Made by a program: the position numbers and the translations under genes
NCBI GenBank assembly: GCA_946965045.2
Contig: OX337241.1
Coordinates: 186,001-250,000, forward strand
Origin: Epithemia pelagica
Taxonomy: Eukaryota; Protista; Bacillariophyta
Direction of reading: 5' to 3'
Length of the DNA stretch: 64,000 nt
Part shown: piece by piece, positions 1 through 10,850 of the stretch
How positions within the stretch are numbered: position 1 is the first letter of the stretch
Layout: every line of letters begins with the position of its first letter
The notes under the pieces: model-generated
Databases searched by the model: none
The model's input: only the letters and a program-made list of their open reading frames with translations
Told to the model about the DNA's origin: nothing

Positions 1-1136
1 CTCGCAATTGCGTCAATTGAGACCATTCGGGAGGGAGCAACCACGTGGCGTCGGGACCGTCACTGCTGCTGCTGCTGCTGCTGGAATAGGAAATGGCATT
101 GTCACCGAGATTCAAGACTTGCAATTGTGTCAATTCGCCCAACCACCAAACATTGGCTGGTCCGGCATTCCACAAGTAATTGCCTTCGACATCCATGACT
201 TGGAGCGTATCTTTGAGAATGGTCAATTCAATCGGTAAGGATCCCATGAGTAAATTCTTGGCCAAGTTGAGTTCGAGGACCTGTCCATAGACCTGACCCG
301 CACTGTCGGTCACGTCGTTGCTACACACGACACCGGGCCAGTCGCATTCATTGCCGGAAGTAGCATCCGCGGTCCATTTTTGCAACCATGGCATGCTAAA
401 GTCGGTCGTAAAGGTAAAGACGACGGTATTGGTATACTCGGTCGCGACACCATTGCTGGCAAAGTACAAGCAACTTAGGGCATATCGTTGGGCCAAACGC
501 CAATCCTCCATGTCGGTCGTGGCCGTCGCTTCGACGTAGCGCAAGGCTTGCATCACATACAAGCTCTCGTCGTGATCGGGAAAGGGCAAACCGCCTCGAT
601 AGTCGCGGGTCAGCATGAGTTCAATGGCGGATTTAGAAGGCACCATGGTCGAGGGAGATTGAGATGGCACCATGCTTGGCACGGTCGTTGTGGGAGACGA
701 GTGGTTAAAGATATCTGCAAGAAGAGCAACAACAACAACCACGACACAGTGAGGAACCAAACGAAACATGCGAAATTTATTTCAGATATCGTCTCCGCCA
801 CGACAAGCATGTCTCAAAACCAAACTTGTACTCGATTGACGATGACAAATAGCACCTACCTCCATCCAACTGTCGGCGCTCGCTGCGGCGGATCGTTGGA
901 CTCCCGTTCGTGTCGTTGGCCATGTTGTTGTTTTTCTGTGGTTTCGGCTCTACCAGTCCTTGTCTCGTCATTCCTGTAGATGACAGGGAACGATCTTGCC
1001 GTCGCAAGGAAGAAGGAGGCAGGTTCGATTCCATGTGCTGCGCCTGAATCAACAATGACGACCAAACCAGCAAGCAAATGGCGAGGAATCCACGGCGAAT
1101 GATTTGGTACGGCTCACACGAAAACAACAGGGTCAT
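1..1136 (-). CDS. Secreted leucine-rich-repeat protein (diatom LRR family); 3' end runs off the left edge of the window
   Basis: Exon 1 1136-860 has a signal-peptide-like start. A GT-AG intron 859-715 (phase 1) restores the frame. Exon 2 reads IELMLTRDYRGGLPF..MQALRYVE..DMEDWRLAQRYALSCLYFASN..ECDWPGVVC..LNLAKNLLMGSLP, clearly paralogous to the LRR genes at 41.7-49.2 kb. Confidence 0.85.
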
Positions 1137-2752
1137 GATTGTGGGAATGGTTGGTTCCAGTGCGCAAGTTGCAGTGTTTTTTAACCAGGGTGTGAAGAAA
1201 CCTCGGAGAGTGATTTTGTGAGGCCGACGACGAGCGAAAACTCCGTCTGACCCAACGACAATCGGATGAGGACAATGACCCTACCAATGGCCATAGTCAC
1301 TCGCATGCAAGATCCCTACTAATAATCTGGGTTTGAATGGAGCTATTCTGGTGTACTGTGTACGAGCTCGTAATAGCTCTGGAGAACTACAAGTCAGTAG
1401 ATTTACGGTATTGTAGAGCCTTGTAGCTACTCTACCATTTTCACAGAAGAAGGGATCAAGCATCCAGCATCCAGCTCTTGAACGATAAGCCCAATAAAAC
1501 TGAAGCCGACAGGAGATCAGAGCCAGCCATTGACCTATACTATTGCCCTCAGATACATAGACAAAGGTTTTTTCTCATGTTTTGCGAATAAGAGAAATCG
1601 TCGATTGACCATGCTGAAGGGCGAGGCCCAAAGTTTCAAACTTGAGAAGACCAGAGAAACGAAATCGACCCAACCATGATAAACGTCGTACAAAACGAGG
1701 CCCTTCGAGATGGAATCAACGTCATGGATGCCTCGTTCGATGGAATGTGCTGTGTGTCCAAGGCAGTTCACGTGTTGAGGCCCAAAGTTTCAAACTGCCA
1801 AAGGACATTGACCCAATCATGGTGAACCAACGGTCGGTGTTATACATGCCTTCAATCTAACAACAGAGGCTCCCATGGAGGAGCACTCCCTACCACTTCC
1901 TTCCAATCGATGGGACAAAGTGTCAAGACCTTTTGGGACAGCATCGACTCCATCTGACTTGTCCCAGTGAGATCTCTGGCTTTCTGCGTTCGTGGTTTCA
2001 TCCTGCGGGCTGTACTGAAGGAGCATGTCCTTTGGGGGAAGCACAATCACTCTGTTTGGCGTGAGCTCAATTGCACAATGAAATGTCCGCAAGAGGCACC
2101 AAACCTTTCCAGTGACAAGCCTTCCCAACCAAGTGTTTTTTTCTGGATTGTGCTGGTGTCCTTTTCTTGGGGCCTTGAGGTCTTGGAAACTTTCCACAAT
2201 CGAGAGCATCACAGCACTCCCAACAAGAATCATCGCTCGAAGTCCCCTTATCAGGGACTTTGAGTGTAATGTACGTTTTCTCAGACACGACAGACGGTTT
2301 GGGCAGTCTCGCTAGTTGTTTGTTCTTGATTTGCTCTGGGAGTGTTGTGGAGGGGCTCCGAACATCCGCAGCAGCAGCAGGGATCTCCGGAAACCTCCAC
2401 TTGTATGTGTGCGCCTAACCGGCACGAGTGCGTCTCATACTCATACTCCTTTGTGCAGCATGAAGTTGTTGGAGTTGTTGCATTCTCGTTTCTGTTCTTG
2501 CCTCTGTGACTGTGGAGAACTCTCTCTATTTCGTCCAGCCATGGTGCTTCCGACACTGACATGGCGTTGCTGTGGAAATGGAATTCGATATTGAAGGATG
2601 AATGGTCTTGTTCTATCTGCTGAGTAGTCGTACTCACAGATCAACGTGGTCTCCCTACGTTGCCATTGATCCAAAGGACTAAAAGCATTGTTTTTTTATG
2701 ATACAATTGCATTAGCTTTCCGTGAACCTCATCTTGGAATCTGTTGTCATTG

Positions 2753-2792
2753 CTACGATGCTGTTGTGCTGTCCGTCGTGTTGCAACAAGAC

Positions 2793-2832
<40 letters not shown>

Positions 2833-5713
2833 CGGTCGTGGTTGTCGTGGTGGTAGTATGTAGTTTACTGGCCGTGTTGATTTCGGGTGGCAAATGAATG
2901 GATGGATTGCCCAGCAAAAAGCCATTGGGTCGGAGGGTAAAGCCGGTGGATTCACAGGGCATGACGGGAAAATCTTCGACGCGTGGCACGTGTGTCAATC
3001 CAAAGGCATGCCAGACCACCAAATGCGTATCTTCAATACTCCGATTGTTTTGAATGAATTGCGGCAATCCCGCTTGCGGATTGCGATGAATGCGTTTCGA
3101 CACATCCTCTCTGGCGTCCATTGGTGCGTTGTCACTCAGCTTGTCCTGTTCTGGGTCGTATCCCATGGATTGAGGTAGATACTCTCCGGCGGGAAATCGT
3201 TGGTGATAGTCATAGGGTGTCACCCACAAATTGGCCGTGGCAAATTGGCCCTTGCGGTAGACCGTCGATTGTGGATTGGGCGTCAAGAGGGTGGGCATGG
3301 CCGGTCCACGCGTAAAGGGCACGAGTTGATAGGCCACCGGTTTGTGACTCATGGGATTGACCTGGTGGGGATTCCAAATGGTCCACGATCGGGCCGTGGA
3401 AGGATTGCAGCATCGAACGGCATCCTCTTCTCGTTTCAACACGGTTTCGTGGGCCCGAAAGGCATGACTCCATTCCTCCTTCTGGTCGTTGTCATCGGGC
3501 AAGACATTGATTTCGCTAATGGAATTGCAGGGACCATCGACAGCCATGTCAAGTCGGGCACAAAACAAGTGTTGATGCAGTTGTGCATTGACATGGGGTG
3601 CCACCAATGTCCCATGCGTCGGTGTGGAAGAATCCCATTCATCGGGGGAGGGTCGATTAGTGGACAATTCTCCCGACAATTTGATTTCCAATTCGAGACT
3701 GCCATCGAGTTTGAAGCGCCAATAAAAGAGATATTCGTAATTCACGACAGTGGCAATAAAGGAAAGGACCAATTCGCGCGATCGTCGTGATTCACTGTGA
3801 CCATTGCGATATTCGACATGTTTCCACAACAATCCGACATCTTCTTCGTGCATGCAAATGGCCTTGCGAATCGTCTGCGCGTGTCCCCGACTGTCGGCCA
3901 CGGCCACATCAAAGTAATGAATATGACCCAAACAATCGCAACCCAATTCCAAGGAGTTGGTACAATATCCTAAGAATCGGAATGGTATATTAGTATTCAT
4001 CCAGTCAGCAGCAGCAACACCAAAGACAAGCAGCAATCAATCATACGATTCAGAGTCAGAACAAACATTCGGATAGGACATGTCCTCACTCTCCGAGTCC
4101 TTGCGCGTGCAGTCTGATTCGGCCACAACCACAATGTGTTTGTACGTACCCAATCCATAATCTCCGACATCAAAGGCACATTTGCGGACAAAGGCGGGCG
4201 GACGGTGATCGCCATAGGGGACGGCCATTTCCACCAGCGAGGCCCGATTCAAAACGGACCGTCCTTGAAAGGTGACATTGTGCAACACCAAGCCTTCGCG
4301 ATAGTTAAATCCAACCTCCAACGTCCAATCCTGCCACGTGACAACATTGGGATCCGTCACCACAAAACTAGGTCCCTCGGGTTGCACCAAGTGCAAGGGT
4401 TGCAGAGGCGGACCCGGATGGGTGGGTGGCACGAGGTACGTATTGTCCTGAACCAAGGCCCGATGATAATTGACGGCCGGTGGTGGTGCTACCGTGGTAG
4501 TAGTACCATTCTCTTGTTGGGCCGACGTGGTGCCGGGTGCCGGTGGTTGATCCAGGCCGTCAATGGCCACGACGGTCTGGGACGCCAAATCGACCACGGG
4601 GACAATATCAATGGGATGGGTATAATGATTGTCTTGTAGGGCCGTTATATCGCCATGAATGCGTTGATACAAAAAGGTTTGGACCAATCGTCGATGTGGA
4701 AATGGTGTGCCATCATCATTCCTTGTTTGGTTGTCTTGGACCACCAAGGCCACATCCTCGGGTCGAGCCAAATGGACACTCCAGGGATCGGCCACGACGG
4801 TTTGGGCCATGGTGGTGGGGTCAATTCCATATCGCTCTTCCAAAACTTGTTTCACCCAGGCACTCTGGTGGACAATGGATTCGGCCAAGGTACAATCGTC
4901 CGGAGTCAAGAGCGGTTGCATGTGCCGGGGCAAGACGAGGCAATCGCCAATGTGTAGAGTTGTGGGGGGAGTGTCGTCTTGCCGAGGAGTCGTCCACGAC
5001 ACCAAGAGTTCGACCGTGACGGTCGCTGGAAGTACTTGGACCAAGACATGGGCCGTTCGCTCGACTGGTACGGCCTCTTGAGGAGTCAAGGTGTCATGAG
5101 TGGTGGGTGGTTCTCGCAAGGAAATGGCCACAAAGCGAAGGGTTGGCCGTGTCGTGGTGGAGGAGACAGTTCCACCTGCTTGTTGTGGTTGTGGTTGTGG
5201 TTGTTGGACGACTTGTTGTTGGAGATAGTCCAATTGGTCCGGCGTTTGCAAAAAATCGGACACGAGGGATATTTCGGTGGGGGTCAAGGCATGCCACGAA
5301 GAACGAGGCGTTGCGTCCTTTGTCCTTGTTCTTGTCGTTGTCGTTGGGGTGGTGGTCCAGACTGAGCGATGACACCCCGACCATGTCTTTGTGGTTGTTG
5401 TTGGTTGGGTGTGGAAGTGGTTCCGGTTTCGGTTTGTGGAACAAAAATGAGAAACCGAGGAGAACCAAGAGACAAGAGGAGCAGCAGCATTCGGTCGTTT
5501 CCGGAGGGCATCCTGATTGGGACGACAGGTTGTTCTTGTTGGTGGAACGACGAGGTTCCTGATGGAGAGCTTGCAACAGCTTGTGGAGCCAAGGAGGAGC
5601 CACGAGGATGGACCACCACCAGCTCGTGGTTGTGGTTGTCGTTGTCGTCCAAGGATTGCCATTCTTCCTCCTCGGCCTGCAAATCGCCGTAGACTATTGC
5701 TGCTGGTCCTCAT
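2753..5713 (-). CDS. Copper-containing (TPQ) amine oxidase, 2 exons
   Basis: Intron 4149-3970 (GTACGT..TTAG) joins AFDVGDYGLG|YCTNSLELGCDCLG. Also present: TPQ consensus VVNYEY, copper ligands HQH and THVPRVEDFPVMP, and the catalytic Asp in AFDVG. Confidence 0.95.
2793..2831. repeat. (GAT)13 microsatellite encoding the Ser-rich (TCA) run near the amine oxidase C-terminus
   Basis: Directly visible trinucleotide run inside the last exon. Confidence 0.9.
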
Positions 5714-6280
5714 GCCTTACACTCGCTCTATTCTTTGGGCGGTTCCACACAGGAGGAGGATCTACAATAGTACTCTTCTTGCTTCACCGTCGAGTTTTCA
5801 GTTTTCTCGTGGAACAACCAAACATCCAAATGGCGTGGATCTTTCGGGGACGATGCACGCAGACGCATTTTAGTCGCTCTGATCACATCTAAGGAGGCGC
5901 ACCACAGTCAGACGCCGTCAGTCCGTCGACCTACGAGGCAACGGATGCGAAATAGACGTTAGACGTTAGATGCAAACTGCGAGCGCATGGCGACATTCTC
6001 GTCCTCCATGTAATCTCCTTTACAAGCTCGCTCCTTCCAAGAAAATAAAAGCAGCAAGCGTTGAAGGACTTATGGATTTATCATGATCATGGAGCAATAG
6101 ACCGAGACGATGTGGATTCAACGCATGTGCGGGGTTGGGCAGAAAGCAGCGGGAAGACACACACCCACACAACTCACAACGCGTCCCATTCTGGACCCGA
6201 GGAAACCACGACAACTTTTGCCCACGCTTGTGTCCTGAGCCAGATCTCGTTTCATTGCTCTCACGATTGCGGCTCCAACC

Positions 6281-8133
6281 ATGGTTCGACAAGCGCTCTT
6301 GTTCGTTGCCCTCCTTGTCGCATCGATCATTCCACGGATCTGCGCCCAATTCCCAGACTACAGTCGGATCGAGTTTGGAATCCCATCTTTGGTGGGGATC
6401 AATTCGTTACCGGCGTTTCCCAGGAAGATAAAGATACTGGCCAACCACCACAGCTGTTGTACAACATGAACGAAATTCTGCTCAGTGAACTCCGCATCAC
6501 GAATGGGCAGCAGGGCTCATGTCTGTATGGTATTATTCAAATCAAGAGAAGGGACAATACTCTCTTTGTCCTATTGAAGTGTGGTCCTTCGGATAGTGTG
6601 ATATTTGCGATAAATCTTGTTTCTGGAGATGTCGAGTGGACAAAACAAGGAACTGACTGGGGAATTGACGTGTGGAATGGAGAATTGTTTGTATTAGACA
6701 ATGGAGGTCAAGTCTCTGTTTTCGATCCAACTTCCGACACGCTCGTACGCTCGTACATCCAGCAGGTGTCCGAGCCGATTATAAGAGGAATGGCGGTTGG
6801 AGCGGGGTTGGTCCTTGTTATAGCAGATTCTGATGATGGTTCTCGTGGTACACTGGCATCGTTTCCCGAGGATCAAAACGAACAAGATCAAAGCGTGAAG
6901 AGAGCACCCGTTGAAGAATCGACATTCTTTTCGAACATCCAAGTATTCTGTCTAGGCGTGGAGGAGACAGACTGCTTTGTATACGTTGGAGTTTTTGTTT
7001 CTGATGCGGGGCTCACCGGAAACTTGTTTCGATATACTCTGGATTTGGAATTGGATCCGATGGTGGGCATGAGTCCACTTAACGGACAATTTATTGTTGA
7101 CATGTCGATTGGTCTGGATAATATAATTTATGCGACGACACAGGACGCAGCATTCTATGAATACGATGCGACGACCCTAGAGTTGAAACCCCAACGTCGT
7201 GCATATCCGCTGCCTGTCACTGCCAATGATCTCAATTTCCCAAACGCTCTTGTAATTCTTGCGAGCCCACAAGAGGAATCCATTCCTCCAGAAGAACCCA
7301 AGCCCAAATTCTTGGTCATTCTTCTTGGGCTTGTGGTTTTGGTTCTGACTGTTGGATTGGTTGTCCTATTAGGATTGGGAAATCTCCGGCGGGCCTTGAC
7401 GGCTCAAGAACCCAACAAGTGCTTCCTCCTGGCTTCCCAAAAAGGAGAAGGAACCGAGCAACAAGAAACGAAAGACACTGGCAATGGCCCTGTTGATCAA
7501 GCTCTGCAACAAGTTGTCACTCATGTGGAGACTCGTCAAGACTTTTCCACCGATACACTGCGGTCTTTGTATACATCGTTGCTGTCCGGCCTTGTTGTAA
7601 ACGAGAAAGATTCCAATCAAGAGGGTGATTTTCAAGAATTGGATATGGATCAAATGATTCAGAATGCCATTGCCCTGATTGATACCAACCAGGATGGCGT
7701 GATTGACGCATGGGAGATGGAACATGTTCAGCTTCCGTCTGAGCAGTCCGGAACCTTTTTGTTTGACGAAGTTGTCGCGTGCACTGTCGGTACTGATACG
7801 ACCGACAGCACCGGGACTTCTCCGGACAATGATATCTGTGTCACGGCGGACAATGTGGTGGAGTTTCTCAACCTGTTTTTTGGTGGTACTTCGGTGGTGA
7901 GTCCGGAGTTGGCCGAGCACATTCGAGAAGAGAGTGGACCCGACACTTGTTACACACGTGCGGAATTTGAAGCCTTGTTCGAAACGCTGGCCACGACCGA
8001 CAACAACAACCAGAACAACAACCAAACTTTGGTATTGTCGGACGCGAGCATGTCAGTGTCCATGAATCCATCGTTTGTCTTGTCACTGTTGTTTGGGATT
8101 GGAACAGGCATGATGGTTTTCGGTCTCTCCTAA
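6281..8133 (+). CDS. Membrane protein: putative beta-propeller-like ectodomain, TM helix, EF-hand, C-terminal hydrophobic tail; apparent frameshift after the signal peptide
   Basis: The ATG at 6281 gives a signal peptide (MVRQALLFVALLVASIIPRICA) in a different frame from the long ORF 6061-8133. The long ORF has short beta-strand-like repeats, a TM segment LVILLGLVVLVLTVGLVVLLGLG, an EF-loop DTNQDGVIDAWE and a hydrophobic C-terminus. Confidence 0.65.
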
Positions 8134-8964
8134 CCGTAAAGGTCAGCCACGGTAGAAGGATTCATGTTGCTGTAGTCTTGTGTTTGATCTAATTTGGAAT
8201 TGGTCATGTGTTTAAGGTAGCTAGGTTTGTTTTTTGAAGGGCACAAGCGGACCGGAGTGATAGTGATCCAAGAGGGAGCCAACAGAAATAGCTATGTATA
8301 TACCTACGAGCTCCACCGCGCGAAAGTTCTTTGCGCAGTAGCCCGTGCTTTTCAGGCCCACACTGTTTTCTCTATAGTGATTCTAACTTACCAAGAAAAG
8401 CACTACGGTCATTTTACACTGCATGACACCACCATGGACGATAAAGACCGCTGTGCACCTCCAACGAAAGGTGCTAACACTCCTCCAAATATCCAGGACA
8501 CTTCGAAATCAAGTGTTCAGTGAGGGATTGGACGGGGGCGATGAACTGTCAGAATCTGTGGAGCTACAGGAAGATTTGGAAGACCTTCCATTTTTGGCAA
8601 CCGGAACGAAGGAAGTGACCGTGGAAAGAAGACGATGACAAACGATACAATGAATCCATCATCTCTCTTCTTGCAACAATCAACTCGTCGTAATCGATTG
8701 GTCCGAACACAACAAATGCGCGCCTCGTCCGTTGGTGGTTCTAACGCAACAAAAGCCTGACTACTCCTAACAAAACAAATGTCAACCGTGGGTGGAAGGG
8801 CTGCTTCTACTGCCACCAAGGATGGCGATGCCCGTGGTGCGGCTGCTTCCGACAACAGAGTTCGAGAGGAAAAAGAAGGAGTGGACGCCGTGGAGCTGTG
8901 GTGGCGTTGGTCGAAGAGCATTGCGAGCGGCAAACTGTTTGGTTCGGCACGTTGATGAGCGGCG

Positions 8965-9722
8965 TGTTAGGATTCTCACCGAAAACTAGGTGGCGAAACC
9001 TACAACTCATCGAATGATGCTAGTATTTTATGGCATCCGATGACATTTTCCTAAAAGTGAGAAAAGAATGTCGGCATGCTCGCGAAACTATAAATTTGGC
9101 CACGGCATGCTCGCAGTGCACGCGTTATCGGCGACCGCTCGGATATTAACTATGGCCCAACACGTGCGCGCCCAAAACTATCAAGTGCGCGCCTCTACTA
9201 TCCGAGTACGCGCATCCACGATTCGACCTAACGGTCTATGTAATCAAAGCACGAATCACGATCACGCGAGACCATATCTCTGTTCCCACAAATCCAAGAA
9301 TGCAAACAGCAACGCGCCCAGGACAAGACTTATACCACGACAAAGCAAGAGCTGTTGCATCCCATACATGTTATCCATCACCCTATACATTCAATATACA
9401 CCAATGCCGGTCTACTCCAACCAGTGAGGACCTATCACACCAGATCCATGGCCGTATGCAAGAGCCAGGACTTCGGCACCGTCAACCACCTTAGTTAGTA
9501 ATCGTCTCACAATCATTAATATCACCATTTTAACACTCATCTTAAGACTAACCTCTTATCAGTGGACCGACTGCCCCCACCCACGGCGGACTTCGACTTG
9601 CAACTCTTCTCTGACCCGTGGAGGATTGTTGTATCGGTTGGTGATTCGATTGTCGGCTCAGCGAGCCTTTTACCTATCCTACCTATCTGTCTAACCCCTG
9701 TTGAATCGAGAGAAGTTTATCA
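8965..9722 (+). repeat. 5' LTR (758 bp)
   Basis: Begins TGTTAGGATTCTC and ends GAAGTTTATCA. Matches 16307-17064; only one substitution noticed (C9580 vs T16922). Confidence 0.98.
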
Positions 9723-9736
9723 GATTAACAGTCTCA
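9723..9736 (+). promoter_or_regulatory. Putative primer-binding site complementary to the tRNA-Asn(GUU) anticodon arm
   Basis: GATTAACAGTCTCA directly abuts the 5' LTR. Its reverse complement TGAGA-CTGTTAA-TC has a canonical Asn anticodon loop, and the stem pairs that can be checked are self-consistent. Confidence 0.6.
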
Positions 9737-9760
9737 TCGTTTATTTCCGAGAAGCTTTCG

Positions 9761-10516
9761 ATGTCTCACGACGATTCCAACCTCTCTATTCGACACATCT
9801 TTCATTCCTTCCAACAAAGCGGGGAGGAACTCCATCCACCCGTGGCCCATCCGGGCGAGCCCTTGATTGAAACTCCGAAACCGACCCCGACTCAGGCCAG
9901 TGCTCCGAATCCCTTTCAGACCCCGGACCAAGTGGTCCAGCCTCCTTCGATCCCGACTCAACCTTCGACTCCGCCTCGCCGTTTGAACCCTACTCGCACC
10001 CGACGTACGAGCCGTCTTCTTACTGCGCATATCCGACACTTCCGCGAGCCGACTGAGTCGACTACCGACCCCGACGTGATCCGTTCCACAACCGAACGCG
10101 AGATCGATTTCCAGTCCGTCCAACCCGTGACTGACCTTGAGGACATCCAACGACTTCTCGACCTCTTGAACCAGTGCTCGAGACGCCGTTTCATTGTCCA
10201 AGCCCTGTTGGGCAACCCTGTGGAACCCATCCGTATTCGATTCATCTCCTTTGAACGTCCAACCAACTACTTCCACACCATCTGGATCGTCAACTCGACG
10301 ACGAATCCGCTACCTACCCCGACTACTCGTCTCGACGAGTACGTCTCTTTTGTTCACGAGATCCATCTCTGCCAGGATTTCCGTGCGACTATCTACCCTC
10401 TCTTCACTCAACACGTGAACCACTTGTTGGAAGACGACGACGTTGAAGAACTAGCCACTACAGTGACCGATTCCGCATCTCGTCTTCAGTACCGAGCCGA
10501 AAGTGACCAAGAATAA
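9761..10516 (+). CDS. Additional retrotransposon ORF upstream of gag, 251 aa, unknown function
   Basis: Uninterrupted ORF from ATG 9761, inside the element between PBS and gag. Pro/Thr-rich N-terminal half and a globular-looking C-terminal half; no motif recognised. Confidence 0.65.
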   Translation: MSHDDSNLSIRHIFHSFQQSGEELHPPVAHPGEPLIETPKPTPTQASAPNPFQTPDQVVQPPSIPTQPSTPPRRLNPTRTRRTSRLLTAHIRHFREPTESTTDPDVIRSTTEREIDFQSVQPVTDLEDIQRLLDLLNQCSRRRFIVQALLGNPVEPIRIRFISFERPTNYFHTIWIVNSTTNPLPTPTTRLDEYVSFVHEIHLCQDFRATIYPLFTQHVNHLLEDDDVEELATTVTDSASRLQYRAESDQE

Positions 10517-10850
10517 GTAACTTTACGTAGTTTCTACACCAAACCAGACACAAGACCGAGTTCCGTCCAAGACTTAAACTCAACGCACATCCGGGTACCC
10601 TTGGTCGCACAACACGCCACACATTCCCGTCAAATCGCGAAAATTCGGCGAAAATTTGTTGAAACTCGGCGAAAATTTGTCGGAATCAACGGAAATTTCC
10701 AGGAGTCGCACATCACAACACACATCCGGGTATCACATACGTGGTACATACGTGGCACACGTGGTACATCCGGGTTCACATCACATCACACATTAAATAA
10801 ACCACATCACACCGCACATTAAATAAACATCGAACCAACCAAATAACATC

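Noticed and set aside
1620-1830. GAGGCCCAAAGTTTCAAACT repeated ~155 bp apart, with short minus-strand ORFs
   Set aside because: Only two units, and no consistent gene model could be built. Probably an old local duplication.
8517-8964. Possible host gene interrupted by the Copia insertion
   Set aside because: Rejoining the flanks across the TSD gave no convincing protein in any frame.
9068-9427. 119-aa ORF in each LTR with a VRASTIR duplication
   Set aside because: It is identical in both copies only because the LTRs are identical. The 21-bp duplication is more simply a U3 enhancer-type repeat, and there are no protein features.
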